Source of the DNA: Phycisphaerales bacterium | Lineage (GTDB): Bacteria; Planctomycetota; Phycisphaerae; SM23-33 | Length of the DNA stretch: 64,000 nucleotides | Assembly: GCA_018644725.1 (NCBI GenBank) | Contig: JABGPZ010000069.1 | Coordinates: 148,238 to 212,237, forward strand | Direction: 5' to 3' | Shown: one piece after another, positions 40,165-49,606 of the stretch | Numbering within the stretch: position 1 is the stretch's first letter | Layout: every line of letters starts with the position of its first letter | The notes under the pieces: model-generated | What the model was told of the DNA's origin: nothing | What the model saw: only the letters and a program-made list of their open reading frames with translations | Databases searched by the model: none | Translations under genes and position numbers: made by a program

Positions 40165-41246
40165 TCGGTTTCAGCTTCGAGGGCTTCGAGTCGTTGGGTG
40201 AGTTTGGCGAGTTGCTTGGTGAGGCGTTTGATTTCGCCGCGCATTTCCGGCACGCGGGTCATCGAGACCATCACGCGGCGCGCTTCGGAGCGGGGCATGG
40301 CTGGGGTGCCGAGGACTTCGGCGCCGGGGGGCAGGGTGTTGGTCACACCGGATTGGGCGGCGACGCGTACGCCATCTCCGATGGAGATGTGCCCGACGAT
40401 GCCGGCTTGGCCACCGAAGACGCAGTAGTCGCCCACGTGGACCGAGCCCGCCAGGCCTGTCTGGGCGACGAGCAGGCAGTGTTTGCCGAGCTTCGTGCCG
40501 TGGCCGATGGCGATGAGGTTGGAGAATTTCGTCCCGCGGCCAATGGTGGTCGGGCCCATCGTCGCACGGTCGATCGTGCAGCACGCGCCGATTTCGACGT
40601 CGTCTTCCAGAACGACCCAGCCGGCCTGGGGAATTTTGTTGTGGAACACTTCGCCCGCGTCGTTGGCGTGGGTGGCATAGCCGAACCCGTCGTGACCAAT
40701 CGAGCAGCCCGCGTGGACCGTCACGCGGTCGCCGGCAATCGTGCCGTCATAGAGCGTCGTGTTGGGATAGATCACGCAGCCCGCGCCGAGGGTGGTCTCC
40801 GGGCCGACGAACACGCCGGGATAGATCACGCAGCCCGCGCCGAGGGTTGCCCCCGCGCAGATCGTCGCATAGGGGCCCACGGCGACGTCCGGTGCGAGAG
40901 TGGCGGTGGGGTCGACGGTGGCCGAGTCACTCACACCCGTGAAGGGGTGTTCGCGGAAGCCGAAGAATTCGACCATGATATCGCGGTAGGCGCGGTAGGG
41001 ATCGTCGCAGCGGATCAGCGCACCTTTTCCGGTGTAGTCGCGTTGGACGAGCACGGCCGCGGCGTCGCTGGTGGCGACTTTATTCGTATAGCGGGCGTTG
41101 GCCAGAAAGCTGACCTGCTCGGCGGTGGCCTCGTCCAGCGACGAGACACCCGTGACGGCGGTCTGTGGGGCGGCGCTGTCCAGTGTGCCACCGACGAGGT
41201 CGGCGATTTGTTGTAGTGTCATTTCCATAGTGGTCTCCAGGGGCAA
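40161..41246 (-). CDS. lpxD: UDP-3-O-acylglucosamine N-acyltransferase
   Basis: 361 aa. N-terminal LpxD-specific domain followed by left-handed beta-helix hexapeptide repeats (VGPETTLGAGCVIYPNTTLYDG..., IGHDGFGY). Confidence 0.8.
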   Translation of the reverse strand: MPLETTMEMTLQQIADLVGGTLDSAAPQTAVTGVSSLDEATAEQVSFLANARYTNKVATSDAAAVLVQRDYTGKGALIRCDDPYRAYRDIMVEFFGFREHPFTGVSDSATVDPTATLAPDVAVGPYATICAGATLGAGCVIYPGVFVGPETTLGAGCVIYPNTTLYDGTIAGDRVTVHAGCSIGHDGFGYATHANDAGEVFHNKIPQAGWVVLEDDVEIGACCTIDRATMGPTTIGRGTKFSNLIAIGHGTKLGKHCLLVAQTGLAGSVHVGDYCVFGGQAGIVGHISIGDGVRVAAQSGVTNTLPPGAEVLGTPAMPRSEARRVMVSMTRVPEMRGEIKRLTKQLAKLTQRLEALEAETE

Positions 41247-41313
41247 AATAGATGGTCACAGTATACTCCATCGCCCGCAAAGAAGAAAGAACCCGCGGGT
41301 GAATCTGCCGGCG

Positions 41314-42501
41314 CTATTTGATTTCCGTCAGCAGCGAGTCGTCTCGCACACGGAAGGTGCGCGTCGTGCCGTCGGCGAGTTCTGTCCGCAGCGTCGCGTG
41401 ATAGCCTTTGGTCTTGGTGGAAATTTTAATGCGGACGGGCTCGTCGATGCCGAGGGTGGCGGCGGTGGGAGCGAACTTGTCGTGGAGTTTGTGATAGGCG
41501 CGCTGGTGGTGATAGACCTTCATGAGTACGTCGCGCACCACGAGTGTCGGGTCGGGCGTATAGGCGGCGGGCACCAGGCCAGGCTGGGCGAGTTTGGTGG
41601 AGAATTGCAATACGCCCCATCGTTCCGGGCGGTGCTTGGCGGGCTTGCCCACGGGCGAGAAGACCCAGTTGTTTGCTGGGCGATCGATGCGATCGAGTTT
41701 TTGATATGTCCCGTTGAGGATGTCCACGATCCACTCGACGCGCGCGAGTCCGAAGCGCCAGTATTGCCCGTCTTTGGGCGGGAAGGGGGCATTGGGGGAG
41801 AATCGCTTGAGCTCACCGAGGGGGATGGCCACTTCGACGCACCAGCCTTCGTCGGTGTCGGTGGGATCGTTGAGTGTGCCGCGCAGATGGACGGCCGACT
41901 GGAGGCCGACGAGATTGTAGGGTTTTTCATAGACCCAGCCGTCATCGTAGGTCTTTTTGGGGTTGAGTTCCCAGATGATATTGTTTGGGCTGACTTCAAA
42001 CTCGTAGTAGTTCTGGTTGTCCCCGTCGGGGTCGAGGTAGATTTCGAAATCGTTGTCGGTTTTGTAGATTTGCTCGTTGTTTGTTGAGGCGACGGCCCAG
42101 AGGTGCGGCTCTTCCATTTCGCAATAGACATAGAGGAACGAGTCGTCCCAGAGGAGCTTGGCGCGCGTAGCAAAGCGCGGTTTGGCGCGCTTGGATGGCA
42201 GCGGGGTTGGCATGCCGTCGGCGAGTTTGGATTCGATGGCTTTGCGGATGGCGGGGTCGATGTGTTCGATGTCGGCGAAGGACTCGGACCATTCGACGAA
42301 CTGCCATGCGGCGTCATCGTCTTTGCCGTCGACGAGGATGGGGCGGGGGGTTTTGTAGCAGATATATCCGCGCGGGGTGGCCGGGCCCATCACGTCCCAT
42401 GCACTGGAAAGGACGGGCTTGTTTTTCGGCGACATCGTGCTGATAAAAGCGATAATGACCAGCAGGCCGGTGAGGACGAAGAGGGTGATGTTTTTCTTCA
42501 T
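41314..42501 (-). CDS. Secreted carbohydrate-binding family 9-like (CBM9/DOMON-like) protein
   Basis: Signal/TM anchor. WQFVEWSESF...LLWDDSFLYVYCEMEEPHLWA...FEIYLDPDGDNQNYYEFEVSPNN pattern resembles CBM9-like sugar-binding domains. Confidence 0.5.
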   Translation of the reverse strand: MKKNITLFVLTGLLVIIAFISTMSPKNKPVLSSAWDVMGPATPRGYICYKTPRPILVDGKDDDAAWQFVEWSESFADIEHIDPAIRKAIESKLADGMPTPLPSKRAKPRFATRAKLLWDDSFLYVYCEMEEPHLWAVASTNNEQIYKTDNDFEIYLDPDGDNQNYYEFEVSPNNIIWELNPKKTYDDGWVYEKPYNLVGLQSAVHLRGTLNDPTDTDEGWCVEVAIPLGELKRFSPNAPFPPKDGQYWRFGLARVEWIVDILNGTYQKLDRIDRPANNWVFSPVGKPAKHRPERWGVLQFSTKLAQPGLVPAAYTPDPTLVVRDVLMKVYHHQRAYHKLHDKFAPTAATLGIDEPVRIKISTKTKGYHATLRTELADGTTRTFRVRDDSLLTEIK

Positions 42502-42519
42502 AGTGACCTCGCGGGGGGA

Positions 42520-43899
42520 TTATTGGAGTTTGCGAGTCCAGAAACGCAGCTGTTTGGCGAGCTGTTTTTTCCCGCCAGCGCCATCGGGGGCATAGCGCTT
42601 GACGACGTTTTTGGCGGTGAGATATTGGTAGACGTCTTTGGCGATGGCATCCGACGCTTCCTGGAACGTGTCCAGAGTCAGCTCGGAGAGAGCAAGCCCC
42701 TCGGCCTCGGCCGTGGCGACGAGCTGGCCGACGATGTGGTGGGCGGTGCGGAACGGGACGCCGCGGTTGACGAGATATTCCGCCAGAGCCGTCGCATCGA
42801 GAAAACCTTCATCGATGGTGGCGGCGACGATCTCTTCGCGGAACTTCGCCGTCGAGACGATCCCCGGGGCAACGCCCAGCGCCAGCAGCGTCTGCTTGAC
42901 GGTCATGAATGCGAAGCGTTTGTCGTCCTGCATGTCGCGGTTGTAGGCCAAGGGCAGACCCTTGACCATCGTCAGCAGGCTCATCAGCGACCCGAAGGTG
43001 CTCGCGGTTTTTCCGCGGATCAGCTCGAGGGTATCGGCGTTTTTCTTCTGGGGCATCATGCTCGAAGACGTGCAGTACGCGTCGTGGAGTTCGATCATGC
43101 CGAACTCGGTGGAGGAGTAGATGATCCAGTCTTCGCACCAGCGCGAGAGGTGCATGGTGAGCGTCGCACAGCACATCGCAAGCTCGACGAGGAAGTCGCG
43201 ATCGGATGTGGCGTCGATGGAGTTGCGGCTGATCGTGGAAAAGCCCAGCAGCTCGGCGGTGCGTTTGCGGTCGAGGTCGATGCTCGTACCCGCCACCGCG
43301 CCCGAGCCCAGCGGCGAGACGTCGATGCGTTTTCGGCAGTCCTGGATTCGTTCGACATCCCGGCCGAGCATTTCGACATAGGCCATCAGCCCGTGACCCG
43401 CGAGGATCGGCTGGGCGCGCTGGAGGTGCGTATAGGCGGGGATGACGATCTGACCCTGCTCGCGGGCAAGTTCAACAAATGCGCTCTGGAGCGTCTTCGT
43501 TGCGCTGATGAGGCTCTCGGCCGCATCGCGTGCCCACAGCCGCAGGTCGAGGGCGACTTGGTCGTTTCGGCTTCGGCCGGTGTGCAGCTTTCGTCCGGCG
43601 TCGCCCGTGCGCTCGGTCAGGGCCGACTCGATGACCATGTGGATGTCTTCGAGCTCGATGGGCATTGCCAGAGTGCCCGCTTCGATGTCGGACGCAACTG
43701 ACAGCAGACCCTTCTTGATCGTCTGGAATTCTTTCTTCGTGATGATCTTCTGCTCGCTGAGCATCTGCGCGTGGGCAATCGAGCCTGCAATGTCATAGCG
43801 CCACAGGTCGGTGTCGATGTCGATGCTCGCGAGGAGCTCGGCGGTGATGGCGTCGGCGGAGGCTTTGAGCCGGCCGTGCCAGGATTTCTTAGAGGCCAT
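42520..43899 (-). CDS. argH: Argininosuccinate lyase
   Basis: Fumarate-lyase signature GSSMMPQKKNADTLE. Overall ArgH length. Start MASKKSWHGRL at 43899; the ORF track extends 39 codons further. Confidence 0.9.
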   Translation of the reverse strand: MASKKSWHGRLKASADAITAELLASIDIDTDLWRYDIAGSIAHAQMLSEQKIITKKEFQTIKKGLLSVASDIEAGTLAMPIELEDIHMVIESALTERTGDAGRKLHTGRSRNDQVALDLRLWARDAAESLISATKTLQSAFVELAREQGQIVIPAYTHLQRAQPILAGHGLMAYVEMLGRDVERIQDCRKRIDVSPLGSGAVAGTSIDLDRKRTAELLGFSTISRNSIDATSDRDFLVELAMCCATLTMHLSRWCEDWIIYSSTEFGMIELHDAYCTSSSMMPQKKNADTLELIRGKTASTFGSLMSLLTMVKGLPLAYNRDMQDDKRFAFMTVKQTLLALGVAPGIVSTAKFREEIVAATIDEGFLDATALAEYLVNRGVPFRTAHHIVGQLVATAEAEGLALSELTLDTFQEASDAIAKDVYQYLTAKNVVKRYAPDGAGGKKQLAKQLRFWTRKLQ

Positions 43900-43930
43900 G
43901 GAGTGGTCCTTTCGGTACAAACAGAGGTGC

Positions 43931-44704
43931 CTACCGGCCTTCCACGAGGCGGTCGGCGAGATAGTTGTCAAGCGATTCAATGTTGCGAATGGCATCGGCG
44001 GTGGTTTCGACGTCATATTTCACGCGCCGAAAGCGGACCTGATGGTCTTCGAGGATGACGTAGCAGGCGCGGTTGTCGCGGTCGCGCGGCTGACCGACGC
44101 TGCCGACATTGACGATGTGGCGTTTGTCGTTGAGTTCGAAGATCCCCTCGGGCAGCGCTGCGGCCGGGTGGAACATCAGGTCTTCACAGAACACGCCCGG
44201 CATGTGGGTGTGTCCGACGAAGCAGAGGTGCTCCATGCGATCGAACGAGCTTTGGATTTTTGCGGGGTGATTGGTGGTGTCCTCGGGGAAGAGGTATTCG
44301 TTGACAGGCCGGCGGGGGCTCCCGTGGACCAGCAGCACTTCGCGGACACCCTCGACCGGATTGGCGATGGTCTTCCGATTTTCCAGCGTCGCCAAAAATC
44401 GCAGCAAGTCGCCAGACTCTTCGGGGACCGACTCGTCGCAGAGCATCTGGCGGGTCCAGAACGCGGCCGACTCGGCACCGGCGTTGAAGTAGGTCGGCTC
44501 GTAGAGTACCGCGTAGTCGTGGTTGCCGAGGATGACTTCGGCGCAGTTGTCACGAATCATCGCGAGACATTCGCGCGGATTCGGCCCATAGCCGAGGATG
44601 TCGCCAAGGCACCAGATCGTCCGGATGCGTTGTTCGCGGATGTCGTCCAAGACGGCCGACAGCGCGGCGGTATTCGAGTGAATGTCGCTGAGAATTGCAA
44701 TCAT
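43931..44704 (-). CDS. Metallophosphoesterase (calcineurin-like phosphoesterase family)
   Basis: MIAILSDIHSN...GDILGYGP...GNHD...VGHTH metal-binding motifs. Confidence 0.75.
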   Translation of the reverse strand: MIAILSDIHSNTAALSAVLDDIREQRIRTIWCLGDILGYGPNPRECLAMIRDNCAEVILGNHDYAVLYEPTYFNAGAESAAFWTRQMLCDESVPEESGDLLRFLATLENRKTIANPVEGVREVLLVHGSPRRPVNEYLFPEDTTNHPAKIQSSFDRMEHLCFVGHTHMPGVFCEDLMFHPAAALPEGIFELNDKRHIVNVGSVGQPRDRDNRACYVILEDHQVRFRRVKYDVETTADAIRNIESLDNYLADRLVEGR

Positions 44705-44756
44705 GGTTCTATGGTATTGGCGAATGGTGCCAGAATCAAGCCCTGAGCGGCCTAAG

Positions 44757-44790
44757 CACAAAAAAAGCCCGGCCAAAATGACCGGGCGTT
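44757..44790 (-). terminator. Rho-independent terminator downstream of tsf (minus strand)
   Basis: Minus-strand GCCCGGTCATTTTGGCCGGGC hairpin followed by T7. Confidence 0.7.
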
Positions 44791-44817
44791 TGCGTTGTCG
44801 TGATCGCGCGAAGGCGA

Positions 44818-45615
44818 TTATTCGCTGGTGTCGCCCACGGCGTAGCGCGCGAAGGCAGTGACGGTAGCGCCGCCAAGCATTTGCTTGATGGTTTGGCTTT
44901 CGTCGCGAATGAACTTTTGTTCCATCAGTGCGTTGTCGGCGACGAACTTGCGGATTTTGCCGACGACCATCTTTTCGGCGATTTCCTGGGGCTTGCCCTG
45001 TTCGACGGCCTGCTGGATGGCGATTTCCTTTTCCTTTTCGATCAGCTCAGCCGGGATGTCCTCGGCGATGATGCCAATCGGGTTGGAGAAGGTGATGTGC
45101 TGGCAGAGCCCGGCGACTGCGTCGGCGGGGGCCTCTTTGTCCAGCGCGACAATCACAGCCACCTTGTTGTTGTGGTGGATGTAGTTGCCGATGCAGGTGC
45201 CTTGGATTTTCACGCCGCGGGCGAACTTCATGTTCTCGCCAATGGTCGCGAAAGCTTCCTGGACGGCGGCAGTCATTTCGTCGGTGGCCTGAATTTCGCC
45301 AACGGGTTGAGCGACGGCCATGGTGAGCACGTTGTCGACCATTTTGACAAAGCCTTCGTTGCGGCTGCAGAAGTCAGTTTCGCAGAGGACTTCGATGATG
45401 GTGGCTTCGGTGTCGGTGATGTTGATGGCGAGGCGGCCTTCCTTGGTGGCGCGGCCGGCCTTCTTTTCGGCCTTGGCCAGCCCGCGAGCGCGCAGGTTGT
45501 CCTTGGCGAGTTGGATGTCACCGTCAGCTTCGATGAGCGCCTTGCGGCAGTCGCCCATGCCAATGCCGGTGGCTTCGCGAAGTTCTTTAACCATAGAGGC
45601 AGTAATATCAGCCAT
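44818..45615 (-). CDS. tsf: Elongation factor Ts
   Basis: N-terminal UBA-like MVKELREATGIGMGDCRKAL. 265 aa. Directly downstream of rpsB. Confidence 0.9.
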   Translation of the reverse strand: MADITASMVKELREATGIGMGDCRKALIEADGDIQLAKDNLRARGLAKAEKKAGRATKEGRLAINITDTEATIIEVLCETDFCSRNEGFVKMVDNVLTMAVAQPVGEIQATDEMTAAVQEAFATIGENMKFARGVKIQGTCIGNYIHHNNKVAVIVALDKEAPADAVAGLCQHITFSNPIGIIAEDIPAELIEKEKEIAIQQAVEQGKPQEIAEKMVVGKIRKFVADNALMEQKFIRDESQTIKQMLGGATVTAFARYAVGDTSE

Positions 45616-45666
45616 GAGTCTTTCTCCGTATATTGAGTGTGTTGTGTGTGAGGGACCGGCCGGGGA

Positions 45667-46605
45667 CTATTCCGCGGCGGGGGCTTCGGGCGCGACTTCT
45701 TCAGCAGCGGCGGGCGCTACTTCTTCGGCCACGGGTGCAACTTCTTCAGCCACGGGTGCAACTTCTTCGGCTGCGGCGGGTGCGACTTCTTCGGCTGCGG
45801 CGGGTGCGACTTGTTCAGCGGCTGCGGGTGCTGCTGCTTCTTCGGCTGCACGTGCAGTGGTTTCGCGCTGGCTGCGACGCTTGGGTTTTTCGTCGGTGCC
45901 TTCTTTGTCGGCGCCTTGGCCGCGGAGTTTGGTGGCGGTGTCGATGGTGCTCGCCAGTTCGCGAACGATGATTTCGATCGAGCGCATCGCGTCGTCGTTA
46001 CCGGGGATCGGCAGGTCGACGAGGTCGGGGTTGGCGTCGGTGTCAATCAGTGCGACGACCGGGATGCCAGCCTTGCGGGCTTCTTTGAGCGTGATGGTTT
46101 CGTTCGTGGCATCGATCACAACAATCGCGCCGGGGAACTTGGTCATCGTGCGCAGGCCGTTGAGGTTGCGACGGATCTTTTTCATTTCGCGGCGGAGACG
46201 GCTGCCTTCCTTCTTGGAGTAGGCGTCGAGGGTACCGGCTTCTTCCATGCCCTCGAGTTGTTCCAACCGTGCGATGCGCTTGCGGATTTCGCGGAAGTTG
46301 GTCAGCGTGCCACCCAGCCAGCGTTCGGTGACCCAGTGCATGCCGATTTCTTCAGCGTGGGTTTCGATCGACTTGCGCGCTTGGCGCTTGGTGCCCACGA
46401 AGAGCACGTCTTTGCCGCCCGAGACGACCTGGGTGAGGAATTTCTTCGCGAGCAGAAGGCCGCGGAGGGTTTCCTTGACGTCGATGATGTGCAGACCGCC
46501 ACGCTTGGAGAAGATGTAGGGGCGCATCTTGGGGTTCCAGCGGCTGGCGCGGTGGCCAAAGTGGATCCCGGCATCGATCATTTCCTGAACCATATTATTC
46601 GACAT
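45667..46605 (-). CDS. rpsB: 30S ribosomal protein S2 with a ~60-aa repetitive acidic C-terminal extension (AAEEVAP repeats)
   Basis: MSNNMVQEMIDAGIHFGHRASRWNPKM is the classic S2 N-terminus. SD GGAGG upstream. The tail is encoded by tandem DNA repeats at ~45690-45830. Confidence 0.9.
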   Translation of the reverse strand: MSNNMVQEMIDAGIHFGHRASRWNPKMRPYIFSKRGGLHIIDVKETLRGLLLAKKFLTQVVSGGKDVLFVGTKRQARKSIETHAEEIGMHWVTERWLGGTLTNFREIRKRIARLEQLEGMEEAGTLDAYSKKEGSRLRREMKKIRRNLNGLRTMTKFPGAIVVIDATNETITLKEARKAGIPVVALIDTDANPDLVDLPIPGNDDAMRSIEIIVRELASTIDTATKLRGQGADKEGTDEKPKRRSQRETTARAAEEAAAPAAAEQVAPAAAEEVAPAAAEEVAPVAEEVAPVAEEVAPAAAEEVAPEAPAAE

Positions 46606-47211
46606 AGCAATAGCCTCCAACCTGATTTTCTGGCCGACCTTACTACAAGGCAGAGCGGCAAAAACAGGCATGTCGTTAGGGCCTCCGAAGCAATGGTAGA
46701 GCGCGGAATGGCTCTTTTATGGCGCTTCGTGGCCGGTGTTTCCCAGACCGCCAGAACTCACATTGAGTCCCAATAGAACGATCAGGGGCGAAGAATATAC
46801 CCCGAAAGGGGAAAAAACACAAGAAAAAAGGGATAAAAACAAAGGAAAAACAGGAGAGGCCATAGGAGGGTAGGGGATAGGTTGATAGGACAGAACGGAA
46901 GAAATACACACGGGTTGTTGCTTGTACACGCCTGTGTTCTTGCTTGCAAGAATTCAGGATCAGTTTCGTAGGGGCGGAGCTTGCCGGCGCGGAATGTGTG
47001 CTGATGTCATTTTGTGGAAAACCGGGACGGGGAAAGCAGGGTGGGGGATATGGAAACCATGGGGGAGAAATATGGAAAACATGGGGACTGGTACCCTTTA
47101 TTTTGTCCTGTGTTCTCGATTTCTATCTGTTGTCAGGTACCTGTCCCCTTTTTTCCTTCGCCCCGGCCTCCAAGGCTTCAATGATTCATTCGTGTGGACC
47201 GGCCCTGCCTT

Positions 47212-47400
47212 TGCCCTGAAAGGGCAACAGGGTTTAGCCGGGGGCGTAAGCCCCCGGTAGATGTGCCCCAAAACCAAGCCCTGAAAGGGCGAAAGAGAAA
47301 TGTAGGATGGGTGTTTCTTTCGCCCCTTCGGGGCTCTTTTTATTATGCTCATTCCGGGGGCTTACGCCCCCGGCTAAATCCTTTCGCGCCTCCGGCGCTT
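47212..47400. repeat. REPIN-like inverted REP doublet (no transposase) in the rpsB-ribF intergenic region
   Basis: GCCCTGAAAGGGC (twice), TTAGCCGGGGGCGTAAGCCCCCGG, TTCGCCCCTTCGGGGCTC, CCGGGGGCTTACGCCCCCGGCTAAATC, CGCGCCTCCGGCGC. Confidence 0.8.
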
Positions 47401-47613
47401 GAGACAATCCTGTCGCATCAGTATCGTAGTCTCGTAGGGCGGGGGAGTTGTTGCTCGTCGTATTGGGGTTGCGACATTGTTGCCATGATTTTTGAATAAT
47501 TGTCTAAGTGGCGGCTGGATTATTCGTCCTTTAGGTATCGCGGGTGGAGGCTTGCGAAGGGAATTGGAATGGAAGTCCTTCAAATTGAAGTCGGGAAACG
47601 GTACAATGTCGGG

Positions 47614-48579
47614 ATGCACGAGGGAAAACACATTTCATCGCTGGCGGAGGTCACCGACGACCAGCGCGGCTGCGTACTGACGATCGGCAAGTTCGACGGC
47701 GTTCATCACGGCCATCGCGAGCTGATCGCATGCGCGCGGCAGATCGCCGACGACGCAACCACGGCCGGGGGAGTTTATGTCCCGCTGGTGGCGATGCTGT
47801 TTTGGCCGTCGCCCGAAGCGATCCTCTGGCCCGACCGCCCGTGGCAAACCCTCAGCACACTCGACCAGCGCATCCGCCGGCTTCTCTCGTGCGGCGTCGA
47901 TGCCGTCGTCACCGTCGAGCCGACCGTCGGATTTTTGTCCCTGCCGCCCGAGACCTTCGTCGATGCCATCGTCGTCGAAACGTTCGCCGCGTGCGCCGTG
48001 GTCGAAGGCCCGGACTTCAGCTATGGCCGCGACCGTGGCGGATCGCTTGATGATCTGCGCGACGCGGGCGAGGAACACGGCTTTTCTGTCCACTGCATCG
48101 AGCCGCACCTCATCGACGTCGAAGGCAGCAGCCACCGCGTCTCCAGCACACAAATTCGCCGCCTGATTTCCGAAGGCGCAGTCGAACTCGCGGCCGAGTT
48201 GCTCGACGGCCCGTTCGAGTTGGCTGGCGATGTCGTCACCGGCCGGGGCGTGGGGCGCGAACTTGAATTCCCCACCGCCAACCTCCACGTCGGCGACCAG
48301 GTCGTCCCCGATGAAGGAGTCTACGCGGGCGTGGCGATCCTCGACGGCGCGCGCCATGTCGCCGCGATCAGCATCGGCACGGCCCCGACGATTCCCTCCG
48401 AGCAGCGACTCATCGAGGCCTATCTGCTGGACTATCCCGGCGCGGACCTCTACGGCCAAACCATTGAACTTCAATTTCACCATCGCCTGCGCAGCCAGAA
48501 GCGTTTTGACTCGCGCGAGGCGTTGCAGCATCAAATTCAACAGGATGTCGCCCATGTCCGATCCCTCGTCCAACTTTAG
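47614..48579 (+). CDS. ribF: Bifunctional riboflavin kinase / FMN adenylyltransferase
   Basis: CVLTIGKFDGVHHGH (FAD synthetase) and a C-terminal riboflavin kinase domain (ELEFPTANL, GVYAG). Confidence 0.85.
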   Translation: MHEGKHISSLAEVTDDQRGCVLTIGKFDGVHHGHRELIACARQIADDATTAGGVYVPLVAMLFWPSPEAILWPDRPWQTLSTLDQRIRRLLSCGVDAVVTVEPTVGFLSLPPETFVDAIVVETFAACAVVEGPDFSYGRDRGGSLDDLRDAGEEHGFSVHCIEPHLIDVEGSSHRVSSTQIRRLISEGAVELAAELLDGPFELAGDVVTGRGVGRELEFPTANLHVGDQVVPDEGVYAGVAILDGARHVAAISIGTAPTIPSEQRLIEAYLLDYPGADLYGQTIELQFHHRLRSQKRFDSREALQHQIQQDVAHVRSLVQL

Positions 48580-49549
48580 CGCCGCGTTTGCCGACCTTGT
48601 TTCCGCGGTCTCAGCCGCAGAGACTCTCGTCGTGGTTTCCCATGGCAACCCCGACGGCGACGCCATTGGCTCGGCTGGCGCACTCGTCGCCGCAGCGCGT
48701 CGTGCGGGCAAAACGGCCGTCGGCGTGTTCCCTGGCGGCGCGCCCGAGCGGCTTGCGTGGGTGGCCCCGGCCGAATTGTTTGCCGATGAATCGCAACTTT
48801 CCGCGCTGCTGGACTCGGCCGACTGCGTGATTGTGGTCGACACGTCCTCCGCCGTCCAGCTTGGCGACCTCGCATCGGCGATTACCGCGTGCAGCGACAA
48901 GCTGTTCGTCCTCGATCACCACACCCGGCCAGACCTTCCCGCGGCGTGTCTCGCGGTGGATACTACCGCCGGCGCGGCGGGGCTACTGGTGCTCGAGCTT
49001 TGCGAAACGCTCGGGTGGCCCGTCGATCTGCCTCTCGCCGAAATGCTCGCCGTCGCGATTCTCACCGACACGGGCTGGCTGCGCTTCAGCAACACCGATG
49101 CGCGCATTCTTGCGGCGATGGCGCGGCTGGTGGCGACGGGAATCACGCTCGACACGATCTATCAGGAAATTTACCAGCAGGAACGTCCGCAGCGTCTCGC
49201 GCTCAAGCAGCGCAGTCTGGATTCGCTGGTATGGCACGGCGGCGGCGCAATCGCGGTGATGACGCTCCGCGAATCGGACTTTGCCGAAACCGGCGCCACG
49301 AGCGATGAAACCGAGGGATTGGTGAACGAACCCTTCGTCGTTGGCGCGGCAGAGGTCTCGATCCTCCTCGTCGAAGCGCCCGGCCTGACGCGCGTGTCTC
49401 TTCGGAGTCGCGGGGCGGTGGACGTGGCGGACCTTGCCCGTAAGTTTGGCGGCGGCGGACACGTTCGCGCGGCGGGCATCAAAACGCCCGAGCCTCTCGA
49501 CGCATTCTGCACGACGTTGTTGGCGGCAATTGAGAAAAAAGGTCTTTAG
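48545..49549 (+). CDS. nrnA: DHH-family phosphoesterase (NrnA-like bifunctional oligoribonuclease / pAp phosphatase)
   Basis: DHH motifs (VSHGNPDGDAIGS, VVDTS, LDHH) and the DHHA1 GGGH motif (KFGGGGHVRAAG). Overlaps the ribF 3' end. Confidence 0.7.
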   Translation: MSPMSDPSSNFSAAFADLVSAVSAAETLVVVSHGNPDGDAIGSAGALVAAARRAGKTAVGVFPGGAPERLAWVAPAELFADESQLSALLDSADCVIVVDTSSAVQLGDLASAITACSDKLFVLDHHTRPDLPAACLAVDTTAGAAGLLVLELCETLGWPVDLPLAEMLAVAILTDTGWLRFSNTDARILAAMARLVATGITLDTIYQEIYQQERPQRLALKQRSLDSLVWHGGGAIAVMTLRESDFAETGATSDETEGLVNEPFVVGAAEVSILLVEAPGLTRVSLRSRGAVDVADLARKFGGGGHVRAAGIKTPEPLDAFCTTLLAAIEKKGL

Positions 49550-49606
49550 CATTTTCCGGATCGGTGGTATACTCTTTTTACACCTTCTTCGACAAAGGAT
49601 TGCATC

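Noticed and set aside
38581-40428. 615-aa + strand ORF
   Set aside because: Antisense to the GT39-like membrane protein and lpxD. Arg-rich artefact.
40194-41216. 340-aa + strand ORF
   Set aside because: Antisense to lpxD.
42103-43701. 532-aa + strand ORF
   Set aside because: Antisense to argH.
43811-44746. 311-aa + strand ORF
   Set aside because: Antisense to the metallophosphoesterase gene.
45811-46776. 321-aa + strand ORF
   Set aside because: Antisense to rpsB.
47635-48900. 421-aa - strand ORF
   Set aside because: Antisense to ribF/nrnA.
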